From: Rhizophagus irregularis
Taxonomy: Eukaryota
Length of the DNA stretch: 64,000 nucleotides
Reading direction: 5' to 3'
Assembly: GCF_026210795.1 (NCBI RefSeq)
Contig: NC_089429.1
Location: 7,006,001-7,070,000, forward strand
In this document: in pieces, positions 13,945 to 24,840 of the stretch
How the letters are laid out: each line of letters opens with the position of its first letter
How positions within the stretch are numbered: position 1 is the stretch's first letter
Program-made: the position numbers and the translations under genes
Notes under the pieces: generated by a model
Database searches by the model: none
Seen by the model: only the letters and a program-made list of their open reading frames with translations
Told to the model about the DNA's origin: nothing

Positions 13945-14753
13945 TCAAGAGTTAGTTGAAAAGTTTTTAATTGAAATCTGGCTGTCCAAGAAGTCCGCAA
14001 CGTTGCGTAAGTCGCGTAATGGTGGGAAGAAGAGGGCGAATGTAGAGGAATATCTTCGAAAAAAAATCGTGTATATATTAGTATAGACGTCATGTATAGT
14101 GGGTAGAGTCCAAAATTTTTGTATTCATTTTTTATGTATTAATAAAGTAAGTCTTACAATTGATCATATTTGAAAAGACTTAAACCCTCCACAGGATGTG
14201 CTAGTGCGTCCAATAGAGCATTGTGCTCTAATACGCCGAATGCTTCTGAATGAGAAAAGGCGTGAAAAAATCCATTTTTTTCTTGTTCAGATAAATTAGG
14301 AAGGCGCTGGGATAATAACCTAAGAAGGATATTACGATGACGATCCAACCGGTCTTGAAAAAGTTTATCCCAAGCATCTCTACCATAACAAGCCATGAAA
14401 TCGTGTCCATCTACGATGCCTGAAATATCATAATCATCATCAAAGTCATCTTCATCACCATCCCAAACTTCGTCTTCGCCGTCATCATCCTCTTCATTAA
14501 CGTAATCTTCATCACCATCCCAATCGTCTTCGCCGTCATCATCCTCTTCATTAACGTAATCTACATCACCATCCCAAACTTCGTCGTCGCCATCATAATC
14601 CTCTTCATTAACGTAATCTTCATCACCATCCCAAACTTCGTCGTCGCCGTCATAATCCTCCTCATTAACGACGTCATCATCTGAAAAGACTATCTTCATT
14701 TGCCGCAGCATTGATTTTTTATTTATTTTTATTTTTATTTTTATTTTCTTCAT
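13945..14753 (-). CDS. Hypothetical protein with Asp/Glu-rich 20-aa tandem repeats
   Basis: 199-aa ORF with (NEEDYDGDDEVWDGDEDYV)-type repeats from a ~60-bp unit at ~14440-14680. Likely intron 14054-14157 (GTAAGA...TTTTCGAAG) extends the frame to TGA at 13945-13947. The start could be the ATG at 14711 rather than 14753. Confidence 0.55.
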
Positions 14754-14898
14754 GGCTGAAAAGTGCGTTTAAATATTTGTTATAAGCCTCGAAGTGTTGC
14801 TTAGATGTTTATTACTGTACATCGTTACGACGTTACGTGCCGGACGGACCAGCGGGTAATCCTTCGTTACACTTTGAACCAACTAAGCCACAAGACTA
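14715..14898 (-). mobile_element. SINE-like repeat, copy 2
   Basis: Minus strand reads TAGTCTTGTGGCTTAGTTGGTTCAAAGTG (A-box-like TGGCTTAGTTGG at 14879-14890) ... ATGAAGAAAATAAAAATAAAAATAAAAATAAA; homologous to 2701-2892. Confidence 0.55.
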
Positions 14899-16072
14899 TG
14901 ATTGTTATTGAAATCACGCAATATTATTTATCAGGATATTCATAATCTCTTTATTTATACTTTCCAAAATACATCATTGGGAACACAAAATAAAATGCAA
15001 TTAGACTTTTACTTTTGCACTTATTAAATGAATAACAAAAATGACTTCTAAGAAATTCATTTTTAAACTGCTCCATTAATAAATTTTATTTTTTATTATT
15101 TCTATATTAATTTAGATGAAGTCAGAATATCACAGTGATGTATTAATTTATTTAGAAAATATTTTTTACATTATTTTATCATATATCATTCTGTAAAAAG
15201 TTGAAATATTAAATATTAAATCAATTGATTGATAAATGATGTCAGTAATTTTAAACTTACAATTTTATTATAAAAGTCTAATTTACTGTATCAGTAAAGC
15301 TTAATAAAAAGTCTAAAGAATTTTTTGATTGAACTCTATTTATCAGTTATTACAGAAATAGTTTTAAGAATTCCACCGGGTGGTGGTGACTAAAATTATG
15401 ACAATCGACTAGCATTAAAAAAATATAGTGCCGGTAAAAATTGATAATTCTGGCCAACGGTGATGATTAAATGTTATTATAATGATATATTATACTTAAA
15501 ATATAATCTTATTAAATTAGGAATATTTATTTTATGAGTTGCATTTGTCGGTTTCATACCATTGTCAGTTAAATATCAGCTAAAATAATTATTTAAATAT
15601 GCCACTTATTAAATCGATTTAATTAGTAGAGCATGGGAATATATTTTGCTACAAAAGTCAATGTAAATTGCCACATTTTATTAAATAGGTATATAATCGC
15701 TCACATTATATTCAAGGATCCGATTTACTATATTTTTACATAGTGGAAAAAAAACATTTCGGGTATCAGCTCGAATAAATTAAACCGACCGATTAACTAT
15801 ATCCCAAATATAAATTCTTGTATAAAAATAATTTCTCGTTCATTGTCAAACAATATTTCTGGTTCTTGTTTTAATAAAACTTTATTTTTAACTAAATATT
15901 ATACAATAAATATAAATCAAAAGGTTGTCTTACAATAAAAAATTAGATTCAACACTCAAAATATCTTGTCTAAAAAGTTCTGAACATTAATTCAAATATT
16001 ATATCTTCCAATAATTCTTAATTTCAAGACTCTGAACTGGAAATCTACGAAAAAAAAGATGTTCTTAAATAA

Positions 16073-16261
16073 TTGTCCGAAGCGTAGCGGAGGACATTAA
16101 CGGTTAGACACATTGTAATGCAAGGTATGTCTGTCCGCACGCGTGATTAACCAATAAGATGTATTATTGATTATTATCACGTGATCAGATTTTCGGTGAC
16201 GCGCCTGACGCGTGATTTTAAACGAGTGCTTCGGACATTACAACGGATCCCGTTACCTAGT
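16073..16261 (+). mobile_element. Non-autonomous Helentron/HINE (DINE-1-like) element
   Basis: Subterminal inverted repeats TGTCCGAAGC (16074-16083) / GCTTCGGACA (16228-16237); 5' GTCC..GCGTAGC..GGAC fold-back; GTATGTCTGTCC microsatellite seed; 3' hairpin AACGG-ATC-CCGTT (16242-16254) then CTAGT; no TSD. Confidence 0.75.
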
Positions 16262-16869
16262 AAAATATAAAAATTTAACAACACTTTCAACAATCGTCAA
16301 TTCAAGCCTTAAAACAGCAACACTGACGCCTGGGGGCACTATACTATAAAGATATACTTTTTTATACAACTAGCAGTAGCTCAAATTTAAATTTTAAAAT
16401 TTTTTTTAAAAAAGCTTAAACTTGATATCTAACAAAAAAATTATATTATTAAGATCAACAAATACAGTACTTTGAAGACTTTCAGGTAAAAAATAAATTT
16501 TTTAATATTGTATATAAATATAAATTAGGATTAAAGTTTCAAAATATTGTAACTTCTAAATTTTTTTTTAAAGAAGCATGGAATATCTATATTATTATTC
16601 AATAATTGTTAAGGCTACTTCTTTTAACTTTAAAATTATAGCAATTTAAAGTAATATTTACAAGAAAATTTAATTTAATACTTAAAAATAAATGCCTTAT
16701 AATAACAACGTTTTCTAAATATATATGATTTAAAAAATTAGCAAATTCAAGGCAAAATTATTCATTCTGCAAAGATTATAAGCATAATTACTATATAGCC
16801 AATAAATAAATAAATGCGGAAAAGAGTAAATTAATCAATAATAATATAAAAACAGATTTAGAAATATGT

Positions 16870-18080
16870 TTAAAAAAAATTTGTTCGTGGAATGCAATTA
16901 TGAGTTGTAAAATTACAAACTAATGAATAACAATGTCTGGATTTTGACATTTCCGTCACTGAAGTTGCCACTAAATTACTACTTCGATCCCGCGAAAGAT
17001 CTTTTTCTAGATTATTTTCTTTAGATGATTTTTGAGTATCATCTATTATTTCTTCCATATTCTCATAATCATATTCGATCGTTAACTTCTTCATATTCTT
17101 CTTCTCCATCATCATTTCTGCGAAGACGTTTCCCTACTACAGCTTTTGCCCACTCATTGAACGATTATATTTTCATTGACGCAATTGCTATTTTGTCATT
17201 TTCAATTTGACTGTGAGTTGAACTGAGTGGTTTCTCGGTTCCTGTTGAACCACTACTTGATCCCTTTTTTATCTTTTCCCTCAATGACTCGTACAATCTC
17301 AGTATCAGCAGTAATTACATGAGATAATTCAATATATGCCATGTTTTTTATAGTAATTGATTCTACTTCGAGCAGAACGTATATCAATGTCCAAAATAGC
17401 TAGGAAATGAAAGACAAAGAAACGAATAGTCGTAAGAAATTCCAATATATAACGGCTGTGAATAACGATCGTTTGCTTTTAATATTTGTTGTAACTTGAG
17501 CAGCGTTCTTATTAGCGTTGACTATTATTTGAACTAACTAAGCGAAAAGTTACAAATATATCGATAAGAAATTCCACAGCAATTCCACTAGCGCTATAAG
17601 ATATAGGAGTAAAAGAGTCAACAAAACAACAAACTAAATCATGGAATCTGAAAATAATATTGGATTATCAATTTTTTTTTTTATAAATTATTAATAAAAA
17701 ACTTACCGAAAGCGCAACTTTAATTGAAAATAATATAATACTTATCCATTTATCTGACCCATCATTACGTATTTGTCCTAAAAGCCATATCAAGAACACT
17801 GATAATGATAATCTCCTTATAATATTTCCAACTATTATAGTTCCCAGAAGAGCATCACATTGAGTGTACGTAGCTATTTTTAGTGTCAAATAAAGACCGA
17901 AATTTGCTCCCGAACGCAAATTTAAGCAAAATTGAAAAATAATTTTTAGTATATTCGAAGTATTTGTCTGACGAGCTTTGTACAGTACATGTACAGCATT
18001 TCTGATCGATTTAATACTTTAAAGAAATACTTTTTAATATATATCAAATAAAAGACTACTATGATGATGATGAGCATAAA
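16870..18080 (-). pseudogene. Multi-pass membrane protein (possibly GPCR-like) pseudogene
   Basis: Hydrophobic segments (LLGTIIVGNIIRRLSLSVFLIWLL; WISIILFSIKVALS followed by a GTAAGT donor; AVEFLIDIFVTFRLV; LFTAVIYWNFLRLFV; LSHVITADTEIVRVIEG) and a polar tail, broken by frameshifts (e.g. a 4-bp TAGT duplication at ~17535). Start uncertain. Confidence 0.55.
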
Positions 18081-18844
18081 AAATCTCAAAAGTTCTTATT
18101 ACCAGATATTTTTTACTGGAACGGATAGTTGCGAATTAAAATTGACTTAGCTTTTTTCCTAAAAAACGTCAAATAATGACGCGCCTTTAACACATTGGAA
18201 AATTGGTTAGATAATGGGAAAATTGGTTAGACACAAGATTTAGGGTACAAAAAAATTTTTTAGAACTTATATATATTTGACTATTCACTAATAAAAATAC
18301 TGTAAAATATTCACTTATATTTATTTGGCATGAGTGTGAATGGGTCTAGTTTTTTACTATTATTATGATGGCATTAGTAGGAAATAAAATGTAATAAATT
18401 ACACAATTTATATGATTATACAAATAACAATGAATTGTGTGCAAGTGTTATACTGTACAGTATATAAAATATAAGTATTTTTTTTTCAACAGCAGAGGAT
18501 GTAATTTTTTTAATGCTACAATGGAATTTTTTTAAGATAAAAAAAAAGATTTTTTTGTAACAATGTAACAATAAACTACAAATTTCACAGTACTGCAACA
18601 TTTGTTTTGTGTGATAATAAAATTTGCATTTAATAATAATATGTTGTTACCATAATATCTCAAAGAAATTCATTATAGAAATCTATAGTTATAGAAAAAA
18701 AATATCTTTTTAATTAATATGAAAAAAAAATTTTCTAATTATAATGATCTATTGTCATAAAAAAAATTCCCCAAAAAAATTAATTACAAAGATCTATTGT
18801 TACAAAAAATAAATAAATAAGTAATTAATTACTCACTAATTATG

Positions 18845-19800
18845 TTAGCCTTGATACAACCTAAAAAATATTATTATTATTAATAATAAGAATCGGGAAA
18901 AAAGGCAATTGCCATGGCGCCGCAGTGTCGATCCAAACCTACTAAATGGTGAAAGAATGCATTTGGGAAAAAAAAATTCGGTTTGAAAAAAAGCCAAACC
19001 AAAAAAGGAAAAGGGGAAAAATTTTTCGTATTGGAGAAAAAGCCAACCGAAAAAAAACCAAAAAAAAATAAAAATAAAAAAATTCGAAAAATAAAGACGA
19101 AAAAAAAAATTTGGGGTAGGGACAAAGAGAAAAGTCGGATTGAAAAAAGAAACCGAAAGTAAAAATAAAAAAAAAATAAATAAAAATTTAGGGAAAAGAA
19201 AAGGATAAAGAAAGAAATCGGTTTAAAAAAGGGAAATTTTCAAAAAAAAATGAACCCGAAAAAAAAATAAGTACCGAAAAAAAGACAATAATTCGATCCA
19301 AAAGACCAAAAAAAAAAAAAAAATTCAAAAAAATAAATTAATAAGGGTATCACCAGTGGTGACGGTCACCAGTGGTGGATTTATGATGTAATGCCAGTCA
19401 GTGTTTTATTAAATTTTAATTCAGGCCAGAAGTGCATCTTAATGCTGGTATGGTGACAATCACCGCTGGTGAGCTTTAGCAATTTTCAATTAATAATACA
19501 TTAATACGGTCCAAAAAAAAGACCGAAAAAATAATATAAAAAAAAATCAGTCTTAAAAGACCGAAACAATGGGATTATATATGGAGAAAAGAGGAATCGA
19601 AAAAAAGAAAAAACCGAAAGTAAAAGATCGGTTCAAGAAAAAAAAATGAAAATTAAAAAAAAAAGAGAACTGAAAAAATTTAGAAAAAAAACAGAATATT
19701 TGAAAATTCCGATTAAATTTCATTAACCGGAATTGGATTAGGCTTGCCGATCAAGCGGGTCTTAACTATAAAGAATACGGGTAAATTAAGGCTAATCTTA
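18845..19800. repeat. A-rich degenerate repeat with TCACCAGTGGTGA hairpin motifs
   Basis: Long A-tracts punctuated by ACCGAA; hairpins at 19350-19378 and 19452-19472; weak possible termini TTAGCCTTGAT / ATTAAGGCTAA. Confidence 0.4.
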
Positions 19801-19979
19801 CACGAATTTTTTTATCATGAAAAAAAATATAATTTAAAAAAAAAATTAAAGGAATAAAAAATGAATGAAAAATGAAATTAATTGTTAGGATTAAAAGACA
19901 AATCCATTTTTAGATATTCAATTTAGAGTAATTAAAATAGTAAAAGGAAGTACTAATAATAAAGAAGTATTGTTTTAAT

Positions 19980-22561
19980 TTTATTTTATTTTTATTTTTA
20001 AAACCACGTGAACTAGATTACAGAAAGATAGACAAGAACAAAAGATGAAACAAATGTCGAACGCTATCTGATACTAAGCTATAATCAAACCGCCCGAGGA
20101 CAGCGCCACTCTGGTACTTTTGACAAATCCGGGGGAGTCCCTAACACGACATCACATCCCTAATAACCAAAGTAAAGGCTTTTGAACAATCGAAACAAAA
20201 AAAAGAAACGATCCGTATTTTTCTTTCAGTCATTAAAGACCGCCACCTGTAAATACTGTAATAGGTGGAATGGTTCACACTATTCTAATTGTTGTACGTT
20301 GGTATAAAATTTTGTACGTGTGGGTTACCCAAAAAAAAGATGTAATAAATTACAAGTCAATAGTAAGAATGTGGCAGAAATAATGTAAATCTATAACTAT
20401 CAGCGTGCCACTAAAACAAAAAAATAAGCTGATAGTGGTAACCGAATGGGGTTAAGGTGAAGCGAAGACTTTAGAGTCTTCAGGAGACGGAATATCTAGT
20501 CTCAATTTATTGACCTCAGTGTTGTGCCTATCTGTATTTGTAGTTGGGATAGGAGGACGTTTGTGTAGTCTGAGCTCAAGTTGTTTTGTATCATCTGATG
20601 TGTGTCCTTTGTAACGGTAATGGGGTCCATTGTCATCTATGACTGAAAAGTAGTCGATTTTGAAAAAACCTAATTCACGCTCCAATTGGAGCAACTGTTT
20701 GTTAGTTTTGTAAACATTTTTTCCTTGTGTAATTCTGTTCTGTAGAACGGAACGGCGGTCAGTTAAAGGGGTGATTTTCTTGTGAAAATGATCTTGAAAT
20801 TTAGTAAGATCTTTGGTCATATCTTCACGATATTCTATACGGTTGAAGGAGGTACCCCAGAGCTTAGCTCTAGTAGAAAGTTCTTCTTCACGAAGGAGAT
20901 GTTCTTTTTCTTGTCATTCGGCTGATTCATGAGCCTTTTTACGGTTTCTAATAACTTTTAACCACTCCGTACTGCCTGGAGCATGTTGTTGACCTTTGAG
21001 AGTTGCCTGTCTTTTAGATATATAGACAGGTTCATCGGTTACGTAAGGGAAGAGGTCGTTAGGAATCCAGATGCCCAACGTCTCATGCCACGTATTCTCT
21101 TCTTTGAGGAGAATGGGTTGTGAGGTGGTGGCAGGTGAATGAGTATTTGAAGTACTAATTGAATCATTCCCTCGATATGATCGAAGCGCTTGGTCAAAAG
21201 CGAGGTTCAGAGCGGCTATTGCGCCTAAAGGTCTGAGTGATGCAGGGGGTATAGGAAAATTGTAATGTTCCTCATCTCTGAGCACTAGTCTTTTATGATG
21301 TTTTAAATGTTGTATAGGTTTATTAATATATTGTGAAGGTAAAAATAAGAAACGGTGTTGTCTAGCACGGTGAAGCTTTTCGTCAAGAGTATTCACGCGT
21401 CTATGAGTTTTTTGGTTGTTACCACGATTGTAGAAAACAGATCTACATGCCCGTTGAAAGCGGGATTTTGTTTTTTACTCCTTTTACTACTATCGGAGTG
21501 GTGTGAGCGGAAATTATCCAATCGTTTTCGGTACATACGACGATCGTCGTATGTGGAAGGATATTTATGTCTATTAGCTAAATATGAAACATCGTAGGAA
21601 ATTCCAAGGCGATTTGAATAAATGTGTTTTTTGATACGACGTTGCCATTGATTATGAATAAGGGTTGCATGGAAACGTTTGTTGTTGATAGTGTTATTAT
21701 TCGATATCGGCGTGTGTTTCTTGATATTATGAAAAATATCTAAATTTTTATGATGAGAAACACAAGCTCGTCTATTATGAGACATGATGTAAGGGGAGGG
21801 GACACAACACAACTGTGTGTGTTCAGTTCCAAAATTATAAGTGGTAAAAAAATTACATGGTATAAAAATACCAAAGTGAAAACGATAACGTTTATAGGAG
21901 AAATTAAAGAAAGTTTTTGTGCGGGAATTTCTTTGTGTGACACTGTCAGCACGTGATTTGATAACGAAGTATCTATCGAGTAATTTAGAACGAATAAGAT
22001 TAAAATATCTCTTTTGAATGGAGCGTGGGATGACTTTTTGATGAGAAAAAAAATGTTGTAACATCTTACTAATCTGATATTTCAGATTAGGAAAGCCACA
22101 GGTGGAAGAGTAGCTAATAGGGGTTGAGTTCATGTGATAATCATTTGTGTGTATTTTAAGATGAATATCATTGGTGTTTGTTGAAAAATCAGCTAACTCA
22201 AAAAAGAAACTTTTTGATCTTCTGATTTCGTAAATCTTGTTACATCCAGCCCGATTGGGTCTAGTCACGTGAAATTTATGGAATGAGACGTCGAAAGAAA
22301 ATTTTCCCAAGGGGATAGGTTTTTGAAAAGTAAAAACCATATTTTAATATGTTTTGTAAAAATAAGGTAAAGTATAATAAAAACTTCTTTCAGAGGTCGG
22401 GTAATAAGGAGAAGAACCTTTCCATAAGAAGCCACCCAGTGGTCTTCTTTCTTCTCGAACGTTGAAAACGTAAAAGGCGTGTAAATAAGAAAACAGTATT
22501 TAACTGCGGATTTCTATGTGAAAAAATGGAAAGGGGAAAGAGTTTTTTTTTCGATTTTCTG
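19980..22561 (-). mobile_element. Retroposed single-ORF element with a 17-bp TSD and (TAAAA)n tail
   Basis: AGAAGTATTGTTTTAAT at 19963-19979 and 22562-22578. The minus-strand 3' end reads CACGTGGTTTTAAAAATAAAAATAAAATAAA directly abutting the TSD. Intronless and visibly GC-richer than its flanks. Confidence 0.85.
20452..22340 (-). pseudogene. ~629-aa basic (K/R/H-rich) protein of the retroposed element, with one frameshift and one nonsense codon
   Basis: ORFs 21393-22340, 20914-21396 and 20452-20820 join into one frame. A 1-nt loss in the CAAAA run near 21468 gives ...SKKQ/KSRFQRACRSVFYNRGNNQKTHRRVNTLDEK. The TGA at 20914-20916 (probably from CGA) is followed in frame by QEKEHLLREEELSTRAKLWGTSFNRIEYREDMTK. 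Confidence 0.8.
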
Positions 22562-22624
22562 AGAAGTATTGTTTTAATAATAATCGAAGATTATACAATA
22601 AATTATCCTTTTTAGTCACATGTT

Positions 22625-23252
22625 TAGTTGCCGATCCGTCTAAATCGGCACTGTTTTTTGGGGGTTAATTAAAGGTTAAATTTAGCACAATTGTGAGAAA
22701 ACTACATAATACTAGAGAAGGGAATAACTCATTATATATAATAAAAATCATACGATATATGTAAAAAAACCCAAGGAAAATAATATGCTAAAATAATTAT
22801 ACTTTTATTATTGAAAAAACAACTTTACATTTCACGCGCGTCAGTGTCCACTTTTCATGCGAATTTTGATAACTTCTTATTATATTATTATATTTAAATA
22901 TCAACATAGTAATAATCAACCAACTCCAAATTACTAAAAAAAAATATTTATTAATTATTTAATTGTCAATTCGTTTAAGATTGGCACAATTTTTACTTTT
23001 TTAGCATTATGTGTTCGGGGCGAAATTTAACGAAAATTGCATAGTTGACAATAAATTCACTAATACTAAAACTGTGATAACTCAATATTTTTAATAATAT
23101 ATGTAAAAAAAACCAAGGAAAAAAAATATGTTAAAATAATTATAACTTTACTATGAAAAAAAAAATGACTGTACATTGTACGCGCATCAGATTTCACTCG
23201 CTATATGTATTTTATACAAATGATAGTGCCGTTATAGACGGATCGGCAATTA
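22625..23252. mobile_element. MITE with ~27-bp TIRs and an internal direct repeat
   Basis: TAGTTGCCGATCCGTCTAAATCGGCACT / AGTGCCGTTATAGACGGATCGGCAATTA; ATATATGTAAAAAAA.CCAAGGAAAA...TAAAATAATTAT repeated at ~22756 and ~23097. Confidence 0.8.
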
Positions 23253-24276
23253 AATAAAAATTTCCCTAATAAAAATCAATCAATTGATATGTTAGGTATA
23301 GTTTTGAAATAAAAATATTATAAAATATATTATATGTTTTTTCTTTAAAATTCTTTTTTCGTGTAACCGTCCTTTTAACAATAATTAAAAATCACATATA
23401 CTTTAATTAATCTTGCATTCATCGAACATAAAGGCTAACATTTTTTCCTAACTGTTTCATGACTATAAATTAGATGGACGTTTAGTTCTGATAATATTTA
23501 TAAATTATTTTTAAATTTTATCCGTATAATTATTTCCATAATTAGAGATTGAATATACAACTTTTATGGAAATGATAAAAAACAAAGTTCAATTTTTATA
23601 ACTCTAAAATTAGTACCTACAAAGAAAATTTTATAATTAAAACGTTTTGTTAATTTATTTCCATTGCTAAAGAAAAGAATAAATATTTTGTCAATCAATC
23701 CGTTACGAAATTAAAAGTCCCGTGATAATTATCACAACAAAATCTATTTTTAAAATTGGATCGACAACAATTGTCGGAATTCTAGAAATGCAACTATTAT
23801 TCCGTTTCATATATGTTTGTTTTTTTTTTAAGTTAAAAATTTTCGATTTCGATCGTTTCATATATGTGATACCGATTATCTGCATAACACAAATAATAAT
23901 TAAAAAAGAATATAAATAAAAAAAAACAAAGTTTTTATATTTGTATTATAACTTTTCTAGAATGAAAAAATTTTTTAATTGTTTAAATTATACAAATTAA
24001 TCAAAAATAACGCGCTGAAACTTTGAAGGGGAAAATTTAGGGTTCTACATACTAAATACGCGCCGGAACTTAGAAAGAAAGAAATTCTTGAGCACTACAC
24101 AATGCAAACAAATCGAATTGGCTAACAGATTGTCTTCTGAAAAGATATTTAAATCCCTAAAAATTTCTGACTTTGAAGATTCACTGATCTCTATCTTAAA
24201 AATAAAAAATAAAGAATTCAATATCTAATACGATAAAAAAAACTTTCAACGAAAAATATTTGTTACTAATCTTATA

Positions 24277-24840
24277 ATGGTTCAATCCAAAATCTCTGGT
24301 GCTATCAACTTCGTTCTTGTCTTCACGCTTTTGATTGGACTCTTTGGACGAGTTTCAGCTCATGGTATTCTTCTTAGCCCTACCCCCAGACTTCTATATG
24401 GTCAAAATGCTACCGATGTAATCGCTAAGGTTTCCAACCCAACCAAGGAATTTCCCTGTGGTATTGCCGGTGATAGTCCAGGTCCAGTTACAACATACAA
24501 GCCTGGTGAGAAAATTTTAATCGCCTATAATAGAACTATTACTCATGGTGGAGATTGTTTAATGCAAATATCTCGATATGGTGATAAATATGATAAAGAT
24601 TTCAAGACTTTCGAGAACTTAGGCCCATGTGGTATGGAAAAAGGCTTATTCACTGCATTTGTTGAAGTACCATACGATGAATGCGATAACGAAGATTGTG
24701 TAATGAGATTCAGATGGGATGATGACGCTGGAAACAATTACTTGTATTGCGTCAATGTTAGAATTAAGAAATATCCTGATTGCTGGGATTCAAAGAGAAG
24801 AAGATCCATCGGTACAACTAGAAGAGCTTTAAAAAATTAA
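24277..24840 (+). CDS. Secreted histidine-brace (LPMO-like; AA11/AA16-type) protein, 187 aa
   Basis: Signal peptide ending VSA, then HGILLSPTPR; FPCG; second His in THGGDCLMQIS; CVMRFRWD; YLYCVNVRI; seven Cys; intronless. Confidence 0.75.
   Translation: MVQSKISGAINFVLVFTLLIGLFGRVSAHGILLSPTPRLLYGQNATDVIAKVSNPTKEFPCGIAGDSPGPVTTYKPGEKILIAYNRTITHGGDCLMQISRYGDKYDKDFKTFENLGPCGMEKGLFTAFVEVPYDECDNEDCVMRFRWDDDAGNNYLYCVNVRIKKYPDCWDSKRRRSIGTTRRALKN

Noticed and set aside
14715..14898. Functional tRNA gene
   Set aside because: Only the 5' A-box-like part resembles tRNA; there is no T-arm/B-box or closing acceptor stem.
18880..19125. Phe-rich 81-aa ORF
   Set aside because: Translation of poly-T tracts in an A-rich repeat.
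20085..20115. HDV-like ribozyme suggested by TCCTCG on the minus strand
   Set aside because: I could not build the P1/P2/P3 nested pseudoknot or the J4/2 motif by eye.
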